In this document: positions 26,331-36,128 of the stretch, piece by piece | How the letters are laid out: each line of letters opens with the position of its first letter | Position numbering within the stretch: position 1 is the stretch's first letter | DNA from: a virus | Taxonomy: Duplodnaviria; Caudoviricetes | IMG/VR virus record: IMGVR_UViG_3300017963_000331 | Coordinates: 1-52,062 of that record | Direction: 5' to 3' (one strand) | DNA length: 52,062 nucleotides | Translations under genes and position numbers: made by a program | Notes under the pieces: generated by a model | The model's database searches: none | Told to the model about the DNA's origin: nothing | The model's input: only the letters and a program-made list of their open reading frames with translations

Positions 26331-27033
26331 GTGGATCGAGGAGTTCAAGGATGAAGAGGTGTCGATCCCAGAGGGCCCATCGAGCATCGGAACCATTACG
26401 GATTTCGTGAAGAGAGTTCGGTCGGTCCTCTGGGGCATCGACAAGACGCAGTACGACCGCTGGGTTGACCGCGTCTGTTACTTCGAGCACAATGGATACT
26501 CGAAGGGTCAAGCTCAAGTGCGGGCGGCAAAGGAGTTCCCGGCGTGCCGCCCGTTCTTTCGTGAGTACGACATTCGGCAGTTCGACCGTGACTCGGGCTC
26601 TCATCCCGATATCGTTTTCTTCGGCGATGAGAAGCGGGCACGCGAGATTGTCAACCTTGAAAAGGATATGTCGTACCGCGACAACATGCGATGGGCTGCC
26701 GCCGCTGCTGGCCAGCATCTTCGTACCGGTGAGGAGTTTTATGAGATCCCTAACGATACTGCGTTTTATTTGTACCAGCAGGCGTTGGGTGACCCGAAAG
26801 ATTTCATGACAAAGTTCGGAACCATGGAGGGTCGCGAAGACATGGAGGCTATACTTGAGAAGTCGACGCGGAAACTAGCCGACCGCGCGGTGAATGAAAT
26901 CGACAAGTGGCTAGGTGAACTCGAAGAGACGGTAGTGAACGATGGCAAAGCGCCAAAGGAAGCTTCAAGACTATTCATCGAAGAAGCGTTCAAAGGGATC
27001 GAGCCGCGCAGGCAAGACCCCGTTCACGACTGA
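26191..27033 (+). CDS. Putative terminase small subunit / HTH protein
   Basis: N-terminal HTH-like segment (YTKAERREAV...TTPRTLNKWI); located upstream of the large terminase. Confidence 0.5.
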   Translation: MAKKKRKRPSWKVYTKAERREAVKRLETETKKAVYTDLQTTPRTLNKWIEEFKDEEVSIPEGPSSIGTITDFVKRVRSVLWGIDKTQYDRWVDRVCYFEHNGYSKGQAQVRAAKEFPACRPFFREYDIRQFDRDSGSHPDIVFFGDEKRAREIVNLEKDMSYRDNMRWAAAAAGQHLRTGEEFYEIPNDTAFYLYQQALGDPKDFMTKFGTMEGREDMEAILEKSTRKLADRAVNEIDKWLGELEETVVNDGKAPKEASRLFIEEAFKGIEPRRQDPVHD

Positions 27034-27244
27034 CGTTTGCAAAGTATGCGGGAACCGCTTAAAGGTTACCTGTTCCTTAGATATTGGATCGGTGGTCATG
27101 GCTTCGGCTCACGGCGTCTCATGTCGTCATGAGCCGGAGGCAACCACCCTTGCTAGCCGCTTCTCTTTCTACTGCGGAGAAGTGTGCAAGGAACAGGACG
27201 ATGGCGCAGGTCGCAACACCGTGGCGGAACCGTGTACCAACTGA
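26942..27244 (+). CDS. Possible small Cys-containing protein
   Basis: CKVCG and YCGEVC. Overlaps both neighbours but fills the 27033-27201 gap. Confidence 0.35.
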   Translation: MAKRQRKLQDYSSKKRSKGSSRAGKTPFTTDVCKVCGNRLKVTCSLDIGSVVMASAHGVSCRHEPEATTLASRFSFYCGEVCKEQDDGAGRNTVAEPCTN

Positions 27245-29039
27245 GTATCGACAGAACCTTCTATGGCGACGCGAGGTCCACGAACGCGCGGCAGAGGATA
27301 AGAACTTCCGCGAGGGCATGATACAAGCCTGCCGCGAAGATCCGATATTCTGGCTGAACGGATTCGCGCACACCTACGACCCTCGCGTCGAGCCATTCCC
27401 CAAGATCCCGTTTATCCTCTATCCGTTCCAGGAGGAGGCGATCCTACGCATCATCAAAGCCGTAGGAAACCACGACCTCCTCATCGAGAAGTCTCGCGAC
27501 ATGGGCGCGTCATGGATCAACATGGCGGCTATCGCGTATCTCTGGCGTTTCCGCGAGGACCAGTCGTTCCTCATGGTGTCTCGTGTCGAGGATTACGTCG
27601 ACAAGGCGGGAAACCCCAAGGCGTTGTTCTGGAAGTTCGACTACCTCATCGACAACATGCCAGCATGGCTCCAGCCGTACGGCTACGACAAGTCGAAGCA
27701 CCGCTCCAAGATGCACATTGTCAATCCCGAGACTGGCTCTGTCGTAGATGGGGAGTCGACAAACCAGAGAGTGGCTCGCGGTGACCGTCGTACGGCGATC
27801 CTCCTCGACGAGTTCGCGGCTGTCGAGCAAGGCCAGTCGGTCTTGTCTGCGACGCGTGACGCAACCCCGTGTCGTCTGTTCAACTCGACGCCAGAGGGAA
27901 CGAATAACGCATTCTACGACACGCGTAAGAAGATGATGGAACTCGGCGGAGACAACATCCTTCGCCTTCACTGGTCAGAGCACCCCGGCAAGGCGATGGG
28001 GCTCTACACGACTGGCGACAACGGTGAGTTCAAGCAGCTCGACATTACGCACACCTACTCGGAAGACTTCCGGCCCCGCCTCGACGGAAAGATCAGGAGC
28101 CCGTGGTACGACTACGAGTGCGACCGCGCAGCGAACCCGCAGGAGATCGCGCAAGAGCTTGACATTGACTACCAGGGCTCTGGCTGGCAGTTCTTCAAGC
28201 CCGCAAAGGTCGAGGAGTACATTAGGGCGAACGTACGACCACCCATCTACGTCGGTGACCTCGATCACATAGCTGAAACCGGCGAGCCCACGAAGTTCAG
28301 GGAGGACGAGGAGGGGCGGCTGAAGGTCTGGACGGTCCTCGACGGCAAGTATGCTTTGCCGACAGACGTGAGGGTCACGATGGGAATCGACATTAGCGCC
28401 GGAACCGGTGCGTCGAATTCAGTGATAACGGGTTACAACTCCAAGACTTACGAGAAGGTGTTCGAGTTCGCGAGCCCGTACATTCGACCGGAGCCGCTTG
28501 GCGTCCAGGCAGTCGCGCTTGCCCGGTGGGCGAACGGAGCGTTTATCATATGGGAACGCAACGGTCCCGGTCGACAGACCGGAGCCAAGATCGTTGAGCT
28601 AGGTTACGGAAACATCTACTTTCAGCGTCAAGAGGAAGCGATCTCGAAGAATGTCTCGAAGATTCCTGGGTGGGCATCGACCCGCGACTCAAAACTTGCA
28701 CTCGTCAGCGAATACCGTGACCGCCTCGAAGCGAACACGGTCGTCAACTATAGCCGGGTCGCAATTGAGGAATGCCTCGAATACATTTACACTCCTGACG
28801 GAAGTGTCGTGCATAGCAGCTCGACCTCGAAGAAAGACCCGACCGGCGCCAAGGCTAACCATGGTGACCGGGTCATTGCCGACGCCCTCGCGGTCAAGGG
28901 ATTCGATGAGCGAAAGTTCAGCCCCGAGGAAGGAAAGAAGCCAGAGGTTCAGTACGGATCTCTCGCTTGGCGAAATCAACAGCGCGAGCTACAGAAGAAG
29001 CTCTCGCCACGTGAACTATCCGACAGTTGGAGATTATGA
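27201..29039 (+). CDS. terL: Terminase large subunit
   Basis: LIEKSRDMGASW Walker A, ILLDEFA Walker B, STPEG coupling motif, and nuclease GIDISAG...HGDRVIAD. Confidence 0.93.
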   Translation: MAQVATPWRNRVPTEYRQNLLWRREVHERAAEDKNFREGMIQACREDPIFWLNGFAHTYDPRVEPFPKIPFILYPFQEEAILRIIKAVGNHDLLIEKSRDMGASWINMAAIAYLWRFREDQSFLMVSRVEDYVDKAGNPKALFWKFDYLIDNMPAWLQPYGYDKSKHRSKMHIVNPETGSVVDGESTNQRVARGDRRTAILLDEFAAVEQGQSVLSATRDATPCRLFNSTPEGTNNAFYDTRKKMMELGGDNILRLHWSEHPGKAMGLYTTGDNGEFKQLDITHTYSEDFRPRLDGKIRSPWYDYECDRAANPQEIAQELDIDYQGSGWQFFKPAKVEEYIRANVRPPIYVGDLDHIAETGEPTKFREDEEGRLKVWTVLDGKYALPTDVRVTMGIDISAGTGASNSVITGYNSKTYEKVFEFASPYIRPEPLGVQAVALARWANGAFIIWERNGPGRQTGAKIVELGYGNIYFQRQEEAISKNVSKIPGWASTRDSKLALVSEYRDRLEANTVVNYSRVAIEECLEYIYTPDGSVVHSSSTSKKDPTGAKANHGDRVIADALAVKGFDERKFSPEEGKKPEVQYGSLAWRNQQRELQKKLSPRELSDSWRL

Positions 29040-30727
29040 TGGTTGCACTGTACATGAATGAGTCGCGATTCAGTCGCTTGACTCCGGCTATCGACTGGTC
29101 GCTTCAGCAGATGCAGTTCCCGCGTAAGGAGCGCTTCGATGCGTTCCAGCAGTTCTGCGGATCACACTACGCCGAGGGCGGAGCCGAAAAGCTGGTTCCG
29201 GTGAACTTCCTCGCGCTCGCCGTCATGATCTATGTTCGGCGTCTCGCCGCGAAAGCCCCAACGGCTTTGCTGACGGCTGAAGACAAGCACCTTCGCCCGA
29301 TGGCGCAGGACTTCCAGGAAGCCTTGAACCTGATCCCAGGCGAGATCGGGCTCGTTCACACGCTGCGTCAATGGGTCACCGAGGCGATGTTCTCGCCGTG
29401 GGGCGTGTTGAAGTGCGGCCTAGCGAACGGCAAGACGTTCGTTGAGCTTGCAACGCTGGACGACTACTTCATCGACATGTCGGCTACCAGGATGGATACA
29501 ATCGACTTCGAGGGCAACGACTACTGGATGGACTACGACGAGATCATGGAGAACAAGGCGTACGTCAACAAGCATAGGCTTGGCCACGACGAGCGAACGC
29601 CCACGGGTCCGAACGGCGAGCGGAAGACGCAAGGGATCTCCGCTAGCGGAACCATGACGACCTACAAAAAGAAGAAGCATCTGCGTGACGTCTGGCTGCC
29701 TGACAAGGGGCTCTTGGTCACTTACACGGTCCAGGACAAGCGGGTCATTCGCGAGGCTGACCTCAATGAGCTTCGGCACTCGCCGTACCACAAGCTCTCC
29801 TTCACGACCGTCCCTGGCCAGCTCATGCCGCTGCCGACCGTCTCGCTCTGGCGTGACCTTCACGACCTCGGCAACTCGCTGTTCCGCACGCTTGCCAATG
29901 GCGCCGACTCGCAGAAGACCGTGCTTGGCTTCAACGGCGACAACGAGGGCGTGACGAACTTCCAGGGCGCACGCAACGGTGATGGTATCAACTTCAACGG
30001 ACCCGACCCGAAGGTTCTCAAGGCTGGTGGCATCGAGCCGCAGACGATGATGTTCTTCCTTCAGACCCGCGACCTCATGTCGTACTTTGCGAATAACCTC
30101 GACTCGATTGGTGGTCTTGGTGCGCAGACGGAGACGGCGGCGCAGGACAAGCTTATCTCTGGAGCCGCGAACGCGCAGCTCGACGACATGAGCGACCAGA
30201 CTATCGAGGCAACCGAGACTCTCTTCGAGTCGATTGCCTACTACGAGTACACGGACCCGACGAAGAAGCGAATACTTCAGAAGAAGATTCCCGGCACCGA
30301 CTTCACTATCCCGGTTGAGTTCGGCCCGGCGCAGCGTCGCAACGCAAGCTTCGAGTCGTTCTACTTGAAGCTCGACGTCTACTCCATGGCGAAGGACAGC
30401 CCGCAAGAGAAGCTCATGAAGCTGAAGGGCTTCGTGCAGGAGTTCATCATTCCGCTCGAACCGTTCATCACTGCCGGTGGCGGGACGGTAGACGTCAAGG
30501 CGATCCTCAAGCGCGCAGGAGAGTATGCGCAGTTCCCGGAGGCTGACGAGTTCGTTGTGTTCGTTGACCTCCCGGAGAGCGCGATGGGACAGGCACTAGG
30601 CGCTGGTGGCGGGCGACCGCAACACACCACGCACACGTCGACTCGGCAGGGCTCGCCGGGACCGACGCCGCAGAGTGCGTCTCAGCAGATGCAGCAGCAG
30701 CTCATGAGTATGTCGGCTGCGTCATAA
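29036..30727 (+). CDS. Portal protein
   Basis: ~560 aa directly after terL; helical with an ETAAQ motif and a Gln-rich tail like podovirus portals. Confidence 0.8.
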   Translation: MMVALYMNESRFSRLTPAIDWSLQQMQFPRKERFDAFQQFCGSHYAEGGAEKLVPVNFLALAVMIYVRRLAAKAPTALLTAEDKHLRPMAQDFQEALNLIPGEIGLVHTLRQWVTEAMFSPWGVLKCGLANGKTFVELATLDDYFIDMSATRMDTIDFEGNDYWMDYDEIMENKAYVNKHRLGHDERTPTGPNGERKTQGISASGTMTTYKKKKHLRDVWLPDKGLLVTYTVQDKRVIREADLNELRHSPYHKLSFTTVPGQLMPLPTVSLWRDLHDLGNSLFRTLANGADSQKTVLGFNGDNEGVTNFQGARNGDGINFNGPDPKVLKAGGIEPQTMMFFLQTRDLMSYFANNLDSIGGLGAQTETAAQDKLISGAANAQLDDMSDQTIEATETLFESIAYYEYTDPTKKRILQKKIPGTDFTIPVEFGPAQRRNASFESFYLKLDVYSMAKDSPQEKLMKLKGFVQEFIIPLEPFITAGGGTVDVKAILKRAGEYAQFPEADEFVVFVDLPESAMGQALGAGGGRPQHTTHTSTRQGSPGPTPQSASQQMQQQLMSMSAAS

Positions 30728-30790
30728 CCCCTATTTCCCAGTGTCAGGTGACCGGTGGTCGGTCACCATGGCACCGGTCAACTCGTAGCA

Positions 30791-30799
30791 TGGTAGACT
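30791..30799 (+). promoter_or_regulatory. Extended -10 promoter, probably leaderless transcript
   Basis: TGG-TAGACT, then 6 nt, then ATG 30806; no SD. Confidence 0.5.
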
Positions 30800-30805
30800 A
30801 CCTCA

Positions 30806-31165
30806 ATGCCAACTTACTGTTACACAAACGAGAGCGGCGACACCATCGAGCGGTTCTTCCATATGAGTGAAGAGTTGCCGACGATGGTTGTCAGCAATGA
30901 GCATGGGCTCGACGACATGCACTATCACCGCGACTACTCGGCGGAGAAGAAGTGCTTGCAAACCGAGACGGCGCCCGGCTGGCCAATGCCGCCGTGCAAC
31001 TCGTCGGGCGTTCAGCCGGAGCAAGCACAAGAGCTGCGTGACCACTTGAAGAAGCACGGAGTTCCGACAGAGGTGACCCCGCAGGGTGATCCTATTTACC
31101 GTACTCCCACGCACCAGAAGAGAGCACTTGCGTGCCGTGGGATGCACAACAAGGCTGCAATCTGA
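30806..31165 (+). CDS. FmdB-like small protein (degenerate Zn ribbon)
   Basis: MPTYCY...G..IERFFHMSE N-terminus; sits between portal and scaffold. Confidence 0.6.
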   Translation: MPTYCYTNESGDTIERFFHMSEELPTMVVSNEHGLDDMHYHRDYSAEKKCLQTETAPGWPMPPCNSSGVQPEQAQELRDHLKKHGVPTEVTPQGDPIYRTPTHQKRALACRGMHNKAAI

Positions 31166-31176
31166 AGAGAGAAATC

Positions 31177-32256
31177 ATGGCGATCCCAGCAGAATTTACA
31201 GCAGAAATCGAGCAAGCCGCGACCGTAGCTGGTCAGACCGCAGCGTCCAACGCAAAGGACGAGGGCGGAGGAACAGGTGAAACCGCGTTTGTTCAAAACC
31301 CCGAAGAGGAGAAGAACGATGGCGGCAATCCTAACGTGGCTGGCGAAAGCGGCGGAAGTGATCCTGGCGCTGGCGAGGGCGGTCAAGCTGGTACGGAAGG
31401 CGAAGGAAACGTGGGAACTTCCGCCGAAGGATCAGTGGATGACGCCGGAGGAGGCGGGACTGACGGAGACGCAGGAAATGCCGGTGATGGGGGAACCTCC
31501 CACGCCAATCAAGGCGGAGTCTCAAGCGCGACCTTGGCCCGAGCGATCCGCGCGGGATTACGAATAGACGAAGCCCTCGCACTCGGCAGCGATGCGAAGG
31601 TGAACGAGATCGCAGACAGCATGGAAGCTGACCGCGTGGCGCAGCTCGAAGCCGAACAGGCGGAGGCTGACGCTGAAGCAGAGCAGGAGCGTATCAACGA
31701 GGAGCGGAAGAAGCTGAATGAGTCGTTCCCGACTCTCGACCCGGACGAAACCGACCCGAAGGTGATCGAAGCGTTCAACAAGATGCAGGAGCGGTTCGTC
31801 AAGCAGCAAGAGCAGCTCGACGCGTTCCAGCAGCAGCAGGTTCAGCAAAGTCAGGTAGCCGAAGCCGCTCAACAGCGAGAGCTTGCGAAGTGGTTCGGCG
31901 ACCAACTCGGTGACTTGAACAAGACGTTCAAGGAATCGCTTGGTAAGGACGTTTGGGAAGACGTCTCGCTTGACAGTGCGAAGGGTGACCTGATCGCATC
32001 GAAGATGGCGGCTCTCGTGGGCAGCTACACTTCGATGGGTCAGAAGGCGCCGTCCCGCGAGGAGATTTTCGCGGACGCGGCAAGGCTGGTGCTCAAGGAT
32101 GACTTCGTGCGAGCGGAAGAAGCACGGCTGGCGAAGCAGGTAGAGAAGCGTAAGGAAATGGAGATCAATCCTCCAGGTGGAAGCAAAGGCAAGACTGAAA
32201 AGTCGCCGGTTGACGCGACCGCAGACCTAATCAACAAGCGGTTCTTCAATCGGTAG
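31177..32256 (+). CDS. Capsid scaffolding protein
   Basis: Acidic Gly-rich N-terminus, coiled coil, basic C-terminus; directly upstream of the MCP. Confidence 0.75.
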   Translation: MAIPAEFTAEIEQAATVAGQTAASNAKDEGGGTGETAFVQNPEEEKNDGGNPNVAGESGGSDPGAGEGGQAGTEGEGNVGTSAEGSVDDAGGGGTDGDAGNAGDGGTSHANQGGVSSATLARAIRAGLRIDEALALGSDAKVNEIADSMEADRVAQLEAEQAEADAEAEQERINEERKKLNESFPTLDPDETDPKVIEAFNKMQERFVKQQEQLDAFQQQQVQQSQVAEAAQQRELAKWFGDQLGDLNKTFKESLGKDVWEDVSLDSAKGDLIASKMAALVGSYTSMGQKAPSREEIFADAARLVLKDDFVRAEEARLAKQVEKRKEMEINPPGGSKGKTEKSPVDATADLINKRFFNR

Positions 32257-32273
32257 AAAAAAGGGTTTTATTC

Positions 32274-33320
32274 ATGGCTGGACTGCAATTCGCAGACATT
32301 GACGATGCCGTACTGTTGACGCAGGAAAACCTCATCAAGCGAGGCGCGTTCCTCGACATGCAGACGGATCTTCAAGACCACGTCGCCGTTCGGGAAATGT
32401 GGAAGGGTCGCCAGAAGAAGTTCGACGGGGGTCACCCGTGGGAGTTCCAGGCGCAGATCGACCACAACTACTCGGCACGCGCCGTGGCGATGTACGAGAC
32501 GGACGGAACCGCGATGAGCGACACGATGATCTCGGGCTCCGTCACGCCCCGGCACATCAACGCTCACTACATCTACGACCAACGCGAGCCCGCCTTCCAG
32601 CGTGGCGGTCACGCGGTCGTTGACCTCATCCAGACGCGTTACGTCGCGATGATGGTTTCTCTCTACGAGTACCTTGAAGCGGTGCTCTGGGGCAAGCCGA
32701 CTGACTCGACCGACACGCTCACCCCGTTCGGTATCGCCTATTGGGTCGTGAAGAACGCGACAGAAGGCTTCACCGGTGGGAATCCGACCGGGTTCTCCGA
32801 TGGTCGTGCCGGGATCGACTCGGCGACCTACACCCGCTTCAAAAACTGGAGCGCCTCCTACGCTGAGATCAGCAAGCCTGACCTCATCCGTAAGATGCGT
32901 CGCGCCGCTCGCAAGACGAAGTTCCGCTCCGTCGTGTCGCACGCGCAGCCCGATCTGGGTTCCATGAAGAACGGCATCTACACGAACGACGTGGTCCTCG
33001 GCATCATGGAAGAGTTGCTCGAAGACCAGAACATGAACCTCGGCAACGATCTGGCCAGCAAGGACGGTCGGACCATGTTCAAGTCCAGCCCGGTGATCTA
33101 CGCGCCGTACCTGGACAACGACACCGAGAACCCCGTGTACATGCTCGATTGGAAGTGGCTCGCCATCGGCGTCATGCCCGGTTGGGAGGAAAACCTCACG
33201 AAGCCCTACATGGTGCCCAACAAGCACTTGGTGCGGCGCGTGGACCTCGACGCGACCTTGCAGATGATCTGCACGAACCTGCGTCGGCAAGCGGTGTTGT
33301 ACAACCCCGCCTTATCTTGA
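32274..33320 (+). CDS. Major capsid protein (podovirus-type HK97 fold)
   Basis: 348 aa after the scaffold, strong codon bias, FDGG, GID.ATY..FKN, PVYMLD and QMICTNLRRQAVL. Confidence 0.88.
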   Translation: MAGLQFADIDDAVLLTQENLIKRGAFLDMQTDLQDHVAVREMWKGRQKKFDGGHPWEFQAQIDHNYSARAVAMYETDGTAMSDTMISGSVTPRHINAHYIYDQREPAFQRGGHAVVDLIQTRYVAMMVSLYEYLEAVLWGKPTDSTDTLTPFGIAYWVVKNATEGFTGGNPTGFSDGRAGIDSATYTRFKNWSASYAEISKPDLIRKMRRAARKTKFRSVVSHAQPDLGSMKNGIYTNDVVLGIMEELLEDQNMNLGNDLASKDGRTMFKSSPVIYAPYLDNDTENPVYMLDWKWLAIGVMPGWEENLTKPYMVPNKHLVRRVDLDATLQMICTNLRRQAVLYNPALS

Positions 33321-33327
33321 TCTTGGT

Positions 33328-33351
33328 CCCCGGTAGCATCGGCTACCGGGG
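33328..33351 (+). promoter_or_regulatory. Hairpin after the MCP (mRNA stabiliser, processing site or weak terminator)
   Basis: CCCCGGTAGC-ATCG-GCTACCGGGG with no U tract. Confidence 0.55.
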
Positions 33352-33402
33352 TGGGTGACTGCGAACTGAACTACAACAAGTCTCTAACATAGGGAAAACA
33401 TC

Positions 33403-34227
33403 ATGGGTGCCTCTCAAGCTCTCAATGCCCACATCGAAAAGGCTCCGGCCAATCCGCTTTTCGTGTGGTTCACCGGATCGACTGCGTTGCTCGAAGGTCA
33501 GGGCGTGTGCTATGACTTCGACAGCGGGACTGCAACCGCCTACGATGGCAAGCGACTCAACCGGGTCGAGCTGCCTTCGCAGACGAACAACCGATGGTTC
33601 GCTGGCGTCGCGCGGCGAGCTTACGCCGCTTCGAGCGGCGGGCAGTTCATCGAGATTTACGGCCCCGGCTCGACGTGCAACATCCTGTCGAAGGTCAGTA
33701 ACACGCTGGGTTCCGGTCGGACCACGTGCATCGCGGGCGGAACCTACGCTGGCTACTTCGAGCGAGCCGGTTTCGAGGGGAAGGGCTCCGCCATTCCGCT
33801 CCAGACCGTAGACCGTTCGAGCACTGCCGGTAAGTGCATGGCGCGTCTCGAAGAGGGCCCCGAGTCGGGTCTGATCGAAGTCGTGACTGCGGCTGCCGGT
33901 GCCAACGTCTTCATGGTTGGTGGCGTCACCTACATTGTGGGTGCCTCCGTCGCCGCTGACGCGACCTTCACCTTGGCCGATGGCACCTTGCCCGGTCAGA
34001 AGAAGATGTTCGTCGTCGTCGACACCGCTGTCACCACGAACGATGCCGTGATTACCGTCACGAGCGGGATTCTCGGTGGCATGTCGGGCGCTGCCGCCAA
34101 TGGAACCGACGCGCTGTCCACCATCACCCTCAATGCGCTCCAGGAGTATTGCTCGCTCGAATGGACTGCTGCGGGGACGGCTGGTGTCTGGGCGCCGATC
34201 TCAACGGCAGGCGCGACCCTCGCCTGA
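33403..34227 (+). CDS. Capsid decoration/cement-like virion protein
   Basis: Directly follows the MCP; Gly/Ala/Thr-rich beta composition. Confidence 0.6.
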   Translation: MGASQALNAHIEKAPANPLFVWFTGSTALLEGQGVCYDFDSGTATAYDGKRLNRVELPSQTNNRWFAGVARRAYAASSGGQFIEIYGPGSTCNILSKVSNTLGSGRTTCIAGGTYAGYFERAGFEGKGSAIPLQTVDRSSTAGKCMARLEEGPESGLIEVVTAAAGANVFMVGGVTYIVGASVAADATFTLADGTLPGQKKMFVVVDTAVTTNDAVITVTSGILGGMSGAAANGTDALSTITLNALQEYCSLEWTAAGTAGVWAPISTAGATLA

Positions 34228-34251
34228 TAGGGGAAGTTCGTTGCAACGGAC

Positions 34252-34293
34252 AGTCGGGGGCGGGTTTCTCTTCCCCGCCCCCGGCTACTTTTT
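34252..34293 (+). terminator. Intrinsic terminator
   Basis: AGTCGGGGGCGGG/CCCGCCCCCGGCT stem followed by ACTTTTT. Confidence 0.8.
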
Positions 34294-34311
34294 CATTCAA
34301 CGAGGTTTCTC

Positions 34312-35088
34312 ATGGCTGAATCTGGACTATCACTTGGGCTGCCTGACTTCAAGGCTGAAGTCGGTGAACTCATCGGGTACGGTCGCTCCGGCTGGTCCTC
34401 TGCGCAAGAGGCGGCGATTGACCGTGTCGTGAATTCAGGCATCCGTAGGGTGTACTACCCTCCAGCAGTGCATGAGTCTGTAGTCGGCTACGAGTGGACG
34501 TGGCTACGCCCGTACACGACGCTCTCGATGGTCAGCGGAACCGAGGACTACGACCTCCCCGACGACTTCGCGAGGTTCATTGGGCCGATCCATTACCCGG
34601 CAGCAGAGTACAAGGAAGCCGTGGTCATTATCCCCACTTCGCAGATCGAGGAGTATCGGTCTGGAGTGTCGACGACCGGCTACCCGCGTTACGCGTGCGA
34701 ACGCTGGAAGTCTTCGACAGGTAGCACTGGCCAGCGGAAGGAAGTCTGCTTCTGGCCGGAGCCCGACATTACGAAGACGATGAAGTACCAGTACGAGGCG
34801 TATCAAGGCGCGTTGAGCGCCACATACCCGTACCCTCTCGGCGGCATGAAGCTCTCCGAGTTGTACATGGAAAGCTGCCTTGCGATTGTCGAGAGCCGTC
34901 TCAACGACAGCCCCGGCATCCATAATCGCGACTACGCCGCACTCCTGATCGACGCTGTTGAGCGCGACAAAAAGAACGGGGCGCAGATTTACGGAGCGAT
35001 GGGGCAGAATACGACGGAGTCCGGTAAGTTCCGCAGGGGGCATACCGGTGGAACATATTCAATCACCTACAAGGGAGAAGACGTCTGA
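34312..35088 (+). CDS. Head-tail adaptor / tail tubular protein A-like
   Basis: YEWTWL, YDLPDDF and FWPEPD pattern; typical position. Confidence 0.7.
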   Translation: MAESGLSLGLPDFKAEVGELIGYGRSGWSSAQEAAIDRVVNSGIRRVYYPPAVHESVVGYEWTWLRPYTTLSMVSGTEDYDLPDDFARFIGPIHYPAAEYKEAVVIIPTSQIEEYRSGVSTTGYPRYACERWKSSTGSTGQRKEVCFWPEPDITKTMKYQYEAYQGALSATYPYPLGGMKLSELYMESCLAIVESRLNDSPGIHNRDYAALLIDAVERDKKNGAQIYGAMGQNTTESGKFRRGHTGGTYSITYKGEDV

Positions 35089-35321
35089 TGGCGAAGAGTA
35101 AAGCCGAAATCGCCGCAGCGAAACGCAGAGCGGCTGCGACTCCCTCTGGCTTGTCCAGGCTGACGCGTGCATTGCAGGCGAACCGCAAGGACAAGGCGTC
35201 CGTAGCGCAGGGAAAGAAGAACCGCAAGGGAATCCAGACGCCATCCAAGGATGAGAAGAAGCGCGTCAGGCATCGCCTTGAACTGAAGTACCCCCGAACC
35301 TACAAGGGAGGCGGGCGATGA
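35088..35321 (+). CDS. Small basic protein
   Basis: Lys/Arg-rich 77 aa, coupled to both neighbours. Confidence 0.6.
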   Translation: MAKSKAEIAAAKRRAAATPSGLSRLTRALQANRKDKASVAQGKKNRKGIQTPSKDEKKRVRHRLELKYPRTYKGGGR

Positions 35322-35614
35322 CCCAGCTAGCCGGAGGGAAAGCAACAGGAACCGCAGCGAGCGCCGAAATGCTCGCTGCTGACAACTACCGTGACAGCGT
35401 GACGATCATGCTGTACGACGACACGGCTCCAGTCGCCATTGGAATTGGCGAGGCAGCCGTTGCTGACGAGGGCGTCGTCCTGCGAGAGCTTGGCGACTCT
35501 GTCGAGATTCGCGGCTACGCCGCAATCAAGCAGATCAATATCATCGGCAACGGTGGTATCGTGACGTATCAGACCGGGCCGGTGACGGCTCGCCTGAACG
35601 GCTACCTCGCGTGA
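35318..35614 (+). CDS. Small virion protein
   Basis: 98 aa beta-rich, ATGA overlap. Confidence 0.6.
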   Translation: MTQLAGGKATGTAASAEMLAADNYRDSVTIMLYDDTAPVAIGIGEAAVADEGVVLRELGDSVEIRGYAAIKQINIIGNGGIVTYQTGPVTARLNGYLA

Positions 35615-35655
35615 TGTAGCCGGGACTGAAGTGAAACCTTTTTCGGAGAAGACTT

Positions 35656-36048
35656 ATGCTGGCGCGAGTAACTTCGTTGCTGCGGCGTAACACTGTTTAC
35701 GCAGATGCCAGAGTCCTTGCTCAAGGTGCCCCTGCTGCGGGTGGCGATGAGGCAACGACCCTGACAATCGCCAACCTGTTGGCGAAGCTCATCACGGTCA
35801 CGCCCACCGCAGCGCGGGCGTACACCCTTCCGACCGGAACCCTCACCGAGGCGGGCGTCAACCTGCGTGTCGGCGAGTCGTTCGACTGGTCGCTGATTAA
35901 CCTCGCCGCTGCGACGCACGCGGTCACTGTCACGGCTGGCACGGCTCACACCGTAGTCGGAACCATGGCGGTTGCCGCTGCATCGTCCGGCATGTTCCGA
36001 ACGCGGAAGACTGACGTGAACACGTTCGTCACCTACCGCATCGCCTGA
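35656..36048 (+). CDS. Small virion structural protein
   Basis: Thr/Ala-rich, YTLPTG motif, GGAG SD. Confidence 0.65.
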   Translation: MLARVTSLLRRNTVYADARVLAQGAPAAGGDEATTLTIANLLAKLITVTPTAARAYTLPTGTLTEAGVNLRVGESFDWSLINLAAATHAVTVTAGTAHTVVGTMAVAAASSGMFRTRKTDVNTFVTYRIA

Positions 36049-36058
36049 TGGGACAAGG

Positions 36059-36089
36059 ATACCAGCGCCCGTACTGCGGGCGCTGGTAT
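36059..36089 (+). terminator. Stable hairpin / possible terminator
   Basis: 13-bp stem ATACCAGCGCCCG/CGGGCGCTGGTAT with a weak U tract. Confidence 0.55.
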
Positions 36090-36128
36090 TCCTATCCACC
36101 TGAACATTCTCACTTAGGAATATGAGCT

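Noticed and set aside
24034-33290. Long antisense ORFs (24034-25206, 29420-30406, 32268-33290)
   Set aside because: They mirror strongly codon-biased plus-strand genes, which is common in GC-rich DNA, and show no motifs.
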